NCBI GenBank assembly: GCA_964016885.1
Contig: OZ024740.1
Location: 141,174,001 to 141,238,000 of the forward strand
Origin: Eledone cirrhosa
Lineage: Eukaryota
Direction of reading: 5' to 3'
Length of the DNA stretch: 64,000 nt
The position numbers were made by a program, and so were the translations under genes. Positions 51,663 to 64,000 of this stretch are shown one piece after another (position 1 is the first letter of the stretch; the number at the start of each line of letters is the position of its first letter). The notes below the pieces were generated by a model, which searched no databases, was not told where the DNA came from, and was given only the letters and a program-made list of their open reading frames with translations.

Positions 51663-54066
51663 TGTTGTTTTTTTTATTATTTTATTGTTTGGCATCAATT
51701 TACTTTTGAAATGAATAGATTTGATGAGAAGCGCTTCTGTTGTTAACGTCTGTTTATTTTTAGTTTGTTTGTTTTTCATCTCTCGTGTTCCGATAGGTTA
51801 GTGATAACGACTGTGTCCATCATCGCGGCATTGATTTTCATTGCAGAGGTGCAACACTCGGCATCAAATCTATCAAGTGCATATCGGAGATCCTCTCCTG
51901 ACGAGTTAAATAACACCTTGTCGTCTGCATATTCCAGCCGACTGAACCTACACCCTCCAGTCATGATATCACTTTCAAACCAGCTGCTCATGTCAACGTG
52001 GAATATGGTGGTGGGCCTTTTCGAGGTCTACAAGAAAAGAATGTTATCTTCACTTTTATCCTTTTAAATGAATAAATTATTTTATATAAATTATTTTATA
52101 TAATCGGACACTAAAAATTATTTTTTAAAGGTTGTTGTTCTTTAGCCTTGAGTCTAAGATACTGCAAATAACTTTATTTCACAAGAAGTCCGTTAATCAG
52201 TAATGTGTTTATTAAATACAGTTGCGTTTTGTGTGGGCATCGGTGGTAGAATACCCGCCTGCCACGCGGGTGGTCCAGGTTACATTCCCTACCGATGCAT
52301 TTATAAAATTAGCGGTTGTTGTGCGTGGTTTTGTATTTATTTTCTTTGTTTTTTTATGTTGTTATTTCATCCTAGGATAATTTGGTTGAGCAGACATTTC
52401 TCGGGGGTGTTCGAGTAGTTGTTATCCAATTTTTATATGTTTACGGGTCCTGTCCCACGGCGCAGCGCGCTGCTCCTTGCATCAAGTGTCTTGTACTATA
52501 GGCTCTGGTTCACCAATGCATTGTCATTGAAATTTAGAAGACGGAATCAGCAGAAGCTCGTTTTGTCTGAGTGTGGAAGTATATACGATATATTAATGTA
52601 TAATGATATAGAATATATATATATCACGCTAGGAATGTTTTAAGCTGTCATTTCTAATGAATTCAAGTTACTGATGATGTATAAATATTTTGAAATACTC
52701 GTGTGTGATGTTCTCTCGGGACAATTGAAATAGCTGTGACATGATCACCACTGAAAACATTCTTAGCGAGACATCTATATGTTTAGCGTTCTTGAAAATG
52801 TCGTATATTCTCTAATATACATCTCTATTATGAATCCGGTTGTGTTTGTGTTGCACATAACACACACATAAGCAATGTGTTACTTAAATACCACACCAAG
52901 CGTTGTGAGCATCGGTGGTTCAGTGGAAGTATGCTCGCCTGCCACGGGGTCGGCCCGGGTTCAAGTGAAATCGTAATTGACAATATGCACAGAAATTGAA
53001 GAGAGACTGTGATACAGTCTTTTGTAATCAGTAAAGTAATCCATGATTCATTTCAAAAAGACGATATTATATATAAACTGCGTTACGGTGAAATGTAATG
53101 AAAACGAAAAAGGAGAAAATTAGCCCCAGAAATATAAACGTTATGATATAACGATGCAAATATATGAATGTTTATATAAGCGATATGTGATATAGCGTCC
53201 GTTATATCATAACCGGAAGTATTGACATTTGAAAATTTCAGAAGAAGAGAAACTTAAAATAAGCAATCATTATATACAAGAATATTAATGTGAAATCAAC
53301 AGCTACGAAATTTTGTACATAAATTATGTAATATTCATTATTTATTCAAAGTAATCCAACTTATTTTACTAACGGGATTAAAAATTATAAAACGGACGCT
53401 ATCCCGTACTCCTCCCTTTATGATATATAGATTCTTTTAATTTTGGTATTACGTAATACCAAAGTTGTTATTGTTTTAGATAGATTATTACTGTTTGGCC
53501 TCAATTTAGTAATGGATGAATAGATTTAATGAAAAGCATTTCTGTTATCATATGTTTGTTTTGGGGATTTTCTTCTTTCTAATGTTCCGTTAGGTTAGTG
53601 AAGACGAATGACAGTTGCAGCACTGATTTTCATTCCAGTCATACTGAGCACTCTGCAGTCAAACCTAACAAGTGCACGTCGGAGTTCCCCTTCTGACGAG
53701 GTGAATAATACCATGTCGTCTGCATATTCCAGCCGACTGATCCAACACACGTCAGTCATGATATCACTTCCAACACAGCTGTGCATGTCAATCTTATTCA
53801 TGGAGATTATGAACAGATGTGAGAGTATGCACCCTTGGCAGAGTCCGACTCACATATTGAATGGTTTCGATTTAGTACCATCTATCTGAACACATACTCG
53901 GTCATTGGCATCAGGGCACAGAAAAACTGTCCATCCATCTCACACTCCTTCAGAACCTTCCACAGCGCGTCCCTTGGAACAAGGTCGTATGGCTTTCCGG
54001 GGACTACAATGGAGGAGTTTATTTTAAAATACATTACATGCTATATATAAAATAAGCGAAGAGTAA

Positions 54067-54137
54067 GCATCGGTGGTTCAGTGGTAGAATGCTCGCCTGC
54101 CACGCGGGCGGCCCGGGTTCGATTCCCGGCCGATGCA
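54067..54137 (+). tRNA. trnG-GCC: tRNA-Gly(GCC), consensus
   Basis: Identical to 5088. Confidence 0.96.
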
Positions 54138-56542
54138 TGTTGTTTTTTTATTATTTTATTGTTTGGCATCAATTTACTTTTGAAATGAATAGATTTGATG
54201 AGAAGCGCTTCTGTTGTTAACGTCTGTTTATTTTTTGTTTCTTTGTTTTTCATCTCTAGTGTTCCGATAGGTTAGTGAGAACGACAGTGTCCATCGTCGC
54301 GGCATTGATTTTCATTGCAGAGGTGCAACACTCGGCATCAAATCTATCAAGCGCATATCGGAGATCCTCTCCTGACGAGTTAAATAACACCTTGTCGTCT
54401 GCATATTCCAGCCGACTGAACCTACACCCTCCAGTCATGATATCACTTTCAAACCAGCTGCTCATGTCAACGTGGAATGTGGTGGTGGGCCTTTTCGAGG
54501 TCTACAAGGAAAGAATTTTATCTTCACTTTTATCCTTTTAAATGAATAAATTATTTTATATAAATTATTTTATATAATCGGACACTAAAAATTATTTTTT
54601 AAAGGTTGTTGTTCTTTAGCCTTGAGTCTAAGATACTGCAAATAACTTTATTTCACAAGAAGTCCGTTAATCAGTAATGTTTTTATTGAATACAGGTGCG
54701 TTTTGTGTGGGCATCGGTGGTAGAATGCCCGCCTGCCACGCGGGTGGTCCAGGTTACATTCCCTACCGATGCATTTATAAAATTAGCGGTTGTTGTGCGT
54801 GGTTTTGTATTTATTTTCTTTGATTTTTTATGTTGTTATTTCATCCTAGGATAATTTGGTTGAGCAGACATTTCTCGGGGGTGTTCCAGTAGTTGTTATC
54901 CAATTTTTATATATTTACGGGTCCTGTCCCACGGCGCAGCGCGCTGCCCCTTACATCAAGTGTCTTGTACTATAGGCTCTGGTTCACCAATGCATTGTCA
55001 TTGAAATTTAGAAGACGGAATCAGCAGAAGCTCGTTTTGTCTGAGTGTGGAAGTATATACGATATATTAATGTATAATGATATAGAATATATATATATCA
55101 CGCTAGGAATGTTTTAAGCCGTCATTTCTAATGAATTCAAGTTACTGATGATGTATAAATATTTTGAAATACTCGTGTGTGATGTTCTCTCGGGACAATT
55201 GAAATAGCTGTGACATGATCACCACTGAAAACATTCTTAGCGAGACATCTATATGTTTAGCGTTCTTGAAAATGTCGTATATTCTCTAATATACATCTCT
55301 ATTATGAATCCGGTTGTGTTTGTGTTGCACATAACACACACATAAGCAATATGTTACTTAAATACCACACCAAGCGTTGTGAGCATCGGTGGTTCAGTGG
55401 AAGTATGCTCGCCTGCCACGGGGTCGGCCCGGGTTCAAATGAAATCGTAATTGACAATATGCACAGAAATTGAAGAGAGACTGTGTTACAGTCTTTTGTA
55501 ATCAGTAAAGTAATCCATGACTCATTTCAAAAAGACGATATTATATATAAACTGCGTTACGGTGAAATGTAATGAAAACGAAAAAGGAGAAAATTAGCCC
55601 CAGAAATATAAACATTATGATATAACGATGCAAATATATGAATGTTTATATAAGCGATATGTGATATAGCGTCCGTTATATCATAACCGGAAGTATTGAC
55701 ATTTGAAAATTTCAGAAGAAGAGAAACTTAAAATAAGCAATCATTATATAAAAGAATATTAATGTGAAATCAACAGCTACGAAATTTTGTACATAAATTA
55801 TGTAATATTCATTATTTATTCAAAGTAATCCAACTTATTTTACTAACGGGATTAAAAATTATAAAACGGACGCTATCCCGTACTCCTCCCTTTATGATAT
55901 ATAGATTCTTTTAATTTTGGTATTACGTAATACCAAAGTTGTTATTGTTTTAGATAGATTATTACTGTTTGGCCTCAATTTAGTAATGGATGAATAGATT
56001 TAATGAAAAGCATTTCTGTTATCATATGTTTGTTTTGGGGATTTTCTTCTTTCTAATGTTCCGTTAAGTTAGTGAAGAAGAATGACAGTTGCAGCACTGA
56101 TTTTCATTCCAGTTATACTGAGCACTCTGCAGTCAAACCTAACAAGTGCACGTCGGAGTTCCCCTTCTGACGAGGTGAATAATACCATGTCGTCTGCATA
56201 TTCCAGCCGACTGATCCAACACACGTCAGTCATGATATCACTTCCAACACAGCTGTGCATGTCAATCTTATTCATGGAGATTATGAACAGATGTGAGAGT
56301 ATGCACCCTTGGCAGAGTCCGACTCACATATTGAATGGTTTCGATTTAGTACCATCTATCTGAACACAAATACTCGGTTATTCGCATCAGGGCACAGAAA
56401 AACTGTCCATCCATCTCACACTCCTTCAGAACCTTCCACAGCGCGTCCCTTGGAACAAGGTCGTATGGCTTTCCGGGGACTACAATGGAGGAGTTTATTT
56501 TAAAATACATTACATACCATATATGAAATAAGCGATGTGTAA

Positions 56543-56613
56543 GCATCGGTGGTTCAGTGGTAGAATGCTCGCCTGCCACGCGGGCGGCCCGGGTTCGATT
56601 CACGGTCGATGCA
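56543..56613 (+). tRNA. trnG-GCC: tRNA-Gly(GCC), T-stem and acceptor variant
   Basis: 3' end reads gattcAcggTcgatgca. Confidence 0.6.
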
Positions 56614-59020
56614 TGTTGTTTTTTTTATTATTTTATTGTTTGGCATCAATTTACTTTTGAAATGAATAGATTTGATGAGAAGCGCTTCTGTTGTTAACGT
56701 CTGTTTATTTTTAGTTTGTTTGTTTTTTCATCTCTCGTGTTCCGATAGGTTAGTGAGAACGACTGTGTCCATCATCGCGGCATTGATTTTCATTGCAGAG
56801 GTGCAACACTCGGCATCAAATCTATCAAGCGCATATCGGAGATCCTCTCCTGACGAGTTAAATAACACCTTGTCGTCTGCATATTCCAGCCGACTGAACC
56901 TACACCCTCCAGTCATGATATCACTTTCAAACCAGCTGCTCATGTCAACGTGGAATGTGGTGGTGGGCCTTTTCGAGGTCTACAAGAAAAGAATTTTATC
57001 TTCACTTTTATCCTTTTAAATGAATAAATTATTTTATATAAATTATTTTATATAATCGGACACTAAAAATTATTTTTTAAAGGTTGTTGTTCTTTAGCCT
57101 TGAGTCTAAGATACTGCAAATAACTTTATTTCACAAGAAGTCCGTTAATCAGTAATGTTTTTATTGAATACAGGTGCGTTTTGTGTGGGCATCGGTGGTA
57201 GAATGCCCGCCTGCCACCCGGGTGGTCCAGGTTACATTCCCTACCGATGCATTTATAAAATTAGCGGTTGTTGTGCGTGGTTTTGTATTTATTTTCTTTG
57301 ATTTTTTATGTTGTTATTTCATCCTAGGATAATTTGGTTGAGCAGACATTTCTCGGGGGTGTTCCAGTAGTTGTTATCCAATTTTTATATATTTACGGGT
57401 CCTGTCCCACGGCGCAGCGCGCTGCCCCTTACATCAAGTGTCTTGTACTATAGGCTCTGGTTCACCAATGCATTGTCATTGAAATTTAGAAGACGGAATC
57501 AGCAGAAGCTCGTTTTGTCTGAGTGTGGAAGTATATACGATATATTAATGTATAATGATATAGAATATATATATGTCACGCTAGGAATGTTTTAAGCCGT
57601 CATTTCTAATGAATTCAAGTTACTGATGATGTATAAATATTTTGAAATACTCGTGTGTGATGTTCTCTCGTGACAACTGAAATAGCTGTGACATGATCAC
57701 CACTGAAAACATTCTTAGCGAGACATCTATATGTTTAGCGTTCTTGAAAATGTCGTATATTCTCTAATATACATCTCTATTATGAATCCGGTTGTGTTTG
57801 TGTTGCACATAACACACACATAAGCAATGTGTTACTTAAATACCACACCAAGCGTTGTGAGCATCGGTGGTTCAGTGGAAGAATGCTCGCCTGCCACGGG
57901 GTCGGCCCGGGTTCAAATGAAATCGTAATTGACAATATGCACAGAAATTGAAGAGAGACTGTCTTACAGTCTTTTGTAATCAGTAAAGTAATCCATGATT
58001 CATTTCAAAAAGACGATATTATATATAAACTGCGTTACGGTGAAATGTAATGAAAACGAAAAAGGAGAAAATTAGCCCCAGAAATATAAACGTTATGATA
58101 TAACGATGCAAATATATGAATGTTTATATAAGCGATATGTGATATAGCGTCCGTTATATCATAACCGGAAGTATTGACATTTGAAAATTTCAGAAGAAGA
58201 GAAACTTAAAATACGCAATCATTATATACAAGAATATTAATGTGAAATCAACAGCTACGAAATTTTGTACATAAATTATGTAGTATTCATTATTTATTCA
58301 AAGTAATCCAACTTATTTTACTAACGGGATTAAAAATTATAAAACGGACGCTACCCCGTACTCCTCCCTTTATGATATATAGATTCTTTTAATTTTGGTA
58401 TTACGTAATACCAAAGTTGTTATTGTTTTATATAGATTATTACTGTTTGGCCTCAATTTAGTAATGGATGAATAGATTTAATGAAAAGCATTTCTGTTAT
58501 CATATGTTTGTTTTGGGGATTTTCTTCTTTCTAATGTTCCGTTAGGTTAGTGAAGACGAATGACAGCTGCAGCACTGATTTTCATTCCAGTCATACTGAG
58601 CACTCTGCAGTCAAACCTAACAAGTGCACGTCGGAGTTCCCCTTCTGACGAGGTGAATAATACCATGTCGTCTGCATATTCCAGCCGACTGATCCAACAC
58701 ACGTCAGTCATGATATCACTTCCAACACAGCTGTGCATGTCAATCTTATTCATGGAGATTATGAACAGATGTGAGAGTATGCACCCTTGGCAGAGTCCGA
58801 CTCACATATTGAATGGTCTCGATTTAGTACCATCTATCTGAACACAAATACTCGGTCATTCGCATCAGGGCACAGAAAAACTGTCCATCCATCTCACACT
58901 CCTTCAGAACCTTCCACATCGCGTCCCTTGGAACAAGGTCATATGGCTTTCCGGGGACTACAATGGAGGAGTTTATTTTAAAATACATTACATGCTATAT
59001 ATGAAATAAGCGAAGTGTAA

Positions 59021-59091
59021 TCATCGGTGGTTCAGTGGTAGAATGCTCGCCTGCCACGCGGGCGGCCCGGGTTCGGTTCCCGGCCGATGCA
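59021..59091 (+). pseudogene. tRNA-Gly(GCC) with G1>T and B-box A>G
   Basis: Tcatcgg..gttcgGttccc. Confidence 0.7.
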
Positions 59092-61499
59092 TGTTGTTTT
59101 TTTAATTATTTTATTGTTTGGCATCAATTTACTTTTGAAATCAATAGATTTGATGAGAAGCGCTTCTGTTGTTAACGTCTGTTTATTTTTAGTTTGTTTG
59201 TTTTTTCATCTCTAGTGTTCCGATAGGTTAGTGAGAACGACAGTGTCCATCATCGTGGCATTGATTTTCATTGCAGAGGTGCAACACTCGGCATCAAATC
59301 TATCAAGCGCATATCGGAGATCCTCTCCTGACGAGTTAAATAACACCTTGTCGTCTGCATATTCCAGCCGACTGAACCTACACCCTCCAGTCATGATATC
59401 ACTTTCAAACCAGCTGCTCATGTCAACGTGGAATGTGGTGGTGGGCCTTTTCGAGGTCTACAAGAAAAGAATTTTATCTTCACTTTTATCCTTTTAAATG
59501 AATAAATTATTTTATATAAATTATTTTATATAATCGGACACTAAAAATTATTTTTTAAAGGTTGTTGTTCTTTAGCCTTGAGTCTAAGATACTGCAAATA
59601 ACTTTATTTCACAAGAAGTCCGTTAATCAGTAGTGTTTTTATTGAATACAGGTGCGTTTTGTGTGGGCATCGGTGGTAGAATGACCGCCTGCCACGCGGG
59701 TGGTCCAGGTTACATTCCCTACCGATGCATTTATAAAATTAGCGGTTGTTGTGCGTGGTTTTGTATTTATTTTCTTTGTTTTTTTATGTTGTTATTTCAT
59801 CCTAGGATAATTTGGTTGAGCAGACATTTCTCGGGGGTGTTCCAGTAGTTGTTATCCAATTTTTATATATTTACGGGTCCTGTCCCACGGCGCAGCGCGC
59901 TGCCCCTTACATCAAGTGTCTTGTACTATAGGCTCTGGTTCACCAATGCATTGTCATTGAAATTTAGAAGACGGAATCAGCAGAAGCTCGTTTTGTCTGA
60001 GTGTGGAAGTATATACGATATATTAATGTATAATGATATAGAATATATATATGTCACGCTAGGAATGTTTTAAGCCGTCATTTCTAATGAATTCAAATTA
60101 CTGATGATGTATAAATATTTTGAAATACTCGTGTCTGATGTTCTCTCGGGACAATTGAAATAGCTGTGACATGATCACCACTGAAAACATTCTTAGCGAG
60201 ACATCTATATGTTTAGCGTTCTTGAAAATGTCGTATATTCTCTAATATACATCTCTATTATGAATCTGGTTGTGTTTGTGTTGCACATAACACACACATA
60301 AGCAATGTGTTACTTAAATACCACACCAAGCGTTGTGAGCATCGGTGGTTCAGTGGAAGAATGCTCGCCTGCCACGGGGTCGGCCCGGGTTCAAATGAAA
60401 TCGTAATTGACAATATGCACAGAAATTTAAGAGAGACTGTCTTACAGTCTTTTGTAATCAGTAAAGTAATCCATGATTCATTTCAAAAAGACGATATTAT
60501 ATATAAACTGCGTTACGGTGAAATGTAATGAAAACGAAAAAGGAGAAAGTTAGCCACAGAAATATAAACGTTATGATATAACGATGCAAATATATGAATG
60601 TTTATATAAGCGATATGTGATATAGCGTCCGTTATATCATAACCGGAAGTATTGACATTTGAAAATTTCAGAAGAAGAGAAACTTAAAATACGCAATCAT
60701 TATATACAAGAATATTAATGTGAAATCAACAGCTACGAAATTTTGTACATAAATTATGTAATATTCATTATTTATTCAAAGTAATCCAACTTATTTTACT
60801 AACGGGATTAAAAATTATAAAACGGACGCTATCCCGTACTCCTCCCTTTATGATATATAGATTCTTTTAATTTTGGTATTACGTAATACCAAAGTTGTTA
60901 TTGTTTTAGATAGATTATTACTGTTTGGCCTCAATTTAGTAATGGATGAATAGATTTAATGAAAAGCATTTCTGTTATCATATGTTTGTTTTGGGGATTT
61001 TCTTCTTTCTAATGTTCCGTTAGGTTAGTGAAGACGAATGACAGTTGCAGCACTGATTTTTCATTCCAGTCATACTGAGCACTCTGCAGTCAAACCTAAC
61101 AAGTGCACGTCGGAGTTCCCCTTCTGACGAGGTGAATAATACCATGTCGTCTGCATATTCCAGCCGACTGATCCAACACACGTCAGTCATGATATCACTT
61201 CCAACACAGCTGTGCATGTCAATCTTATTCATGGAGATTATGAACAGATGTGAGAGTATGCACCCTTGGCAGAGTCCGACTCACATATTGAATGGTTTCG
61301 ATTTAGTACCATCTATCTGAACACAAATACTCGGTTATTCGCATCAGGGCACAGAAAAACTGTCCATCCATCTCACACTCCTTCAGAACCTTCCACAGCG
61401 CGTCCCTTGGAACAAGGTCGTATGGCTTTCCGGGGACTACAATGGAGGAGTTTATTTTAAAATACATTACATACCATATATGAAATAAGCGAAGTGTAA

Positions 61500-61570
61500 T
61501 CATCGGTGGTTCAGTGGTAGAATGCTCGCCTGCCACGCGGGCGGCCCGGGTTCGATTCAAGGTCGATGCA
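61500..61570 (+). pseudogene. tRNA-Gly(GCC) with G1>T and broken T-stem
   Basis: Tcatcgg..gattcAAggTcgatgca. Confidence 0.75.
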
Positions 61571-63973
61571 TGTTGTTTTTTTTATTATTTTATTGTTTGG
61601 CATCAATTTACTTTTGAAATGAATAGATTTGATGAGAAGCGCTTCTGTTGTTAACGTCTGTTTATTTTTAGTTTGTTTGTTTTTTCATCTCTCGTGTTCC
61701 GATAGGTTAGTGAGAACGACTGTGTCCATCATCGCGGCATTGATTTTCATTGCAGAGGTGCAACACTCGGCATCAAATCTATCAAGCGCATATCGGAGAT
61801 CCTCTCCTGACGAGTTAAATAACACCTTGTCGTCTGCATATTCCAGCCGACTGAACCTACACCCTCCAGTCATGATATCACTTTCAAACCAGCTGCTCAT
61901 GTCAACGTGGAATGTGGTGGTGGGCCTTTTCGAGGTCTACAAGAAAAGAATTTTATCTTCACTTTTATCCTTTTAAATGAATAAATTATTTTATATAAAT
62001 TATTTTATATAATCGGACACTAAAAATTATTTTTTAAAGGTTGTTGTTCTTTAGCCTTGAGTCTAAGATACTGCAAATAACTTTATTTCACAAGAAGTCC
62101 GTTAATCAGTAATGTTTTTATTGAATACAGGTGCGTTTTGTGTGGGCATCGGTGGTAGAATGCCCGCCTGCCACCCGGGTGGTCCAGGTTACATTCCCTA
62201 CCGATGCATTTATAAAATTAGCGGTTGTTGTGCGTGGTTTTGTATTTATTTTCTTTGTTTTTTTATGTTATTTCATCCTAGGATAATTTGGTTGAGCAGA
62301 CATTTCTCGGGGGTGTTCCAGTAGTTGTTATCCAATTTTTATATATTTACGGGTCCTGTCCCACGGCGCAGCGCGCTGCCCCTTACATCAAGTGTCTTGT
62401 ACTATAGGCTCTGGTTCACCAATGCATTGTCATTGAAATTTAGAAGACGGAATCAGCAGAAGCTCGTTTTGTCTGAGTGTGGAAGTATATACGATATATT
62501 AATGTATAATGATATAGAATATATATATGTCACGCTAGGAATGTTTTAAGCCGTCATTTCTAATGAATTCAAGTTACTGATGATGTATAAATATTTTGAA
62601 ATACTCGTGTGTGATGTTCTCTCGTGACAACTGAAATAGCTGTGACATGATCACCACTGAAAACATTCTTAGCGAGACATCTATATGTTTAGCGTTCTTG
62701 AAAATGTCGTATATTCTCTAATATACATCTCTATTATGAATCCGGTTGTGTTTGTGTTGCACATAACACACACATAAGCAATGTGTTACTTAAATACCAC
62801 AACAAGCGTTGTGAGCATCGGTGGTTCAGTGGAAGAATGCTCGCCTGCCACGGGGTCGGCCCGGGTTCAAATGAAATCGTAATTGACAATATGCACAGAA
62901 ATTGAAGAGAGACTGTCTTACAGTCTTTTGTAATCAGTAAAGTAATCCATGATTCATTTCAAAAGGACGATATTATATATAAACTGCAGTTACGGTGAAA
63001 TGTAATGAAAACGAAAAAGGAGAAAATTAGCCCCAGAAATATAAACGTTATGATATAACGATGCAAATATATGAATGTTTATATAAGCGATATGTGATAT
63101 AGCGTCCGTTATATCATAACCGGAAGTATTGACATTTGAAAATTTCAGAAGAAGAGAAACTTAAAATAAGCAATCATTATATAAAAGAATATTAATGTGA
63201 AATCAACAGCTACGAAATTTTGTACATAAATTATGTAATATTCATTATTTATTCAAAGTAATCCAACTTATTTTACTAACGGGATTAAAAATTATAAAAC
63301 GGACGCTATCCCGTACTCCTCCCTTTATGATATATAGATTCTTTTAATTTTGGTATTACGTAATACCAAAGTTGTTATTGTTTTAGATAGATTATTACTG
63401 TTTGGCCTCAATTTAGTAATGGATGAATAGATTTAATGAAAAGCATTTCTGTTATCATATGTTTGTTTTGGGGATTTTCTTCTTTCTAATGTTCCGTTAG
63501 GTTAGTGAAGACGAATGACAGCTGCAGCACTGATTTTCATTCCAGTCATACTGAGCACTCTGCAGTCAAACCTAACAAGTGCACGTCGGAGTTCCCCTTC
63601 TGACGAGGTGAATAATACCATGTCGTCTGCATATTCCAGCCGACTGATCCAACACACGTCAGTCATGATATCACTTCCAACACAGCTGTGCATGTCAATC
63701 TTATTCATGGAGATTATGAACAGATGTGAGAGTATGCACCCTTGGCAGAGTCCGACTCACATATTGAATGGTTTCGATTTAGTACCATCTATCTGAACAC
63801 ATACTCGGTCATTGGCATCAGGGCACAGAAAAACTGTCCATCCATCTCACACTCCTTCAGAACCTTCCACAGCGCGTCCCTTGGAACAAGGTCGTATGGC
63901 TTTCCGGGGACTACAATGGAGGAGTTTATTTTAAAATACATTACATGCCATATATGAAATAAGCGAAGTGTGA

Positions 63974-64000
63974 GCATCGGTGGTTCAGTGGTAGAATGCT
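63974..64000 (+). tRNA. trnG-GCC: tRNA-Gly, cut by the window end
   Basis: gcatcggtggttcagtggtagaatgct. Confidence 0.7.

Larger units (their letters stand above)
37130..64000 (+). repeat. ~2.47-kb tandem macrosatellite of tRNA-Gly units (11 full units plus a partial)
   Basis: Main tRNA starts at 37283, 39227, 41702, 44177, 46649, 49120, 51592, 54067, 56543, 59021, 61500 and 63974; periods are 1944 then 2471-2479 bp. Confidence 0.98.

Noticed and set aside
37473-63977. Recurrent 68-115-aa ORFs as a gene family, or a retron/DGR-like RT plus ncRNA system
   Set aside because: They are short, frameshifted RTE RT fragments or their antisense frames, repeated only because the unit is repeated; none encodes a complete RT.

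Overview
Eukaryotic, AT-rich, microsatellite-rich animal DNA. The SINE family and repeat landscape suggest a coleoid cephalopod such as Octopus; this is an inference. No intact host protein-coding gene is visible. The window is a tRNA-Gly(GCC) cluster undergoing birth-and-death. 1-3.2 kb holds a decayed Helitron. 3.8-8.4 kb and 21.7-34.6 kb hold old, diverged and partly inverted tRNA-Gly units. 8.4-21.7 kb is a TE nest: a CR1-group LINE split by a young CsRn1-type Gypsy element, plus Penelope-like pieces and a long-TIR MITE. 34.7-37.1 kb is a Buster/Charlie hAT relic. From 37.1 kb to the window end is a young, homogeneous ~2.47-kb tandem macrosatellite (11 full units plus the start of a 12th). 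A standard unit carries one full-length tRNA-Gly, one D-arm-deleted copy, one 3'-truncated copy, two antisense RTE reverse-transcriptase fragments and a Helitron-like insert. I found no convincing new protein system. The most interesting signals are the composite tRNA macrosatellite and its visible ancestry, three CRE-type retroelement ends in the spacer, an unusual LINE ORF1, and a frameshift cassette in the Gypsy element.
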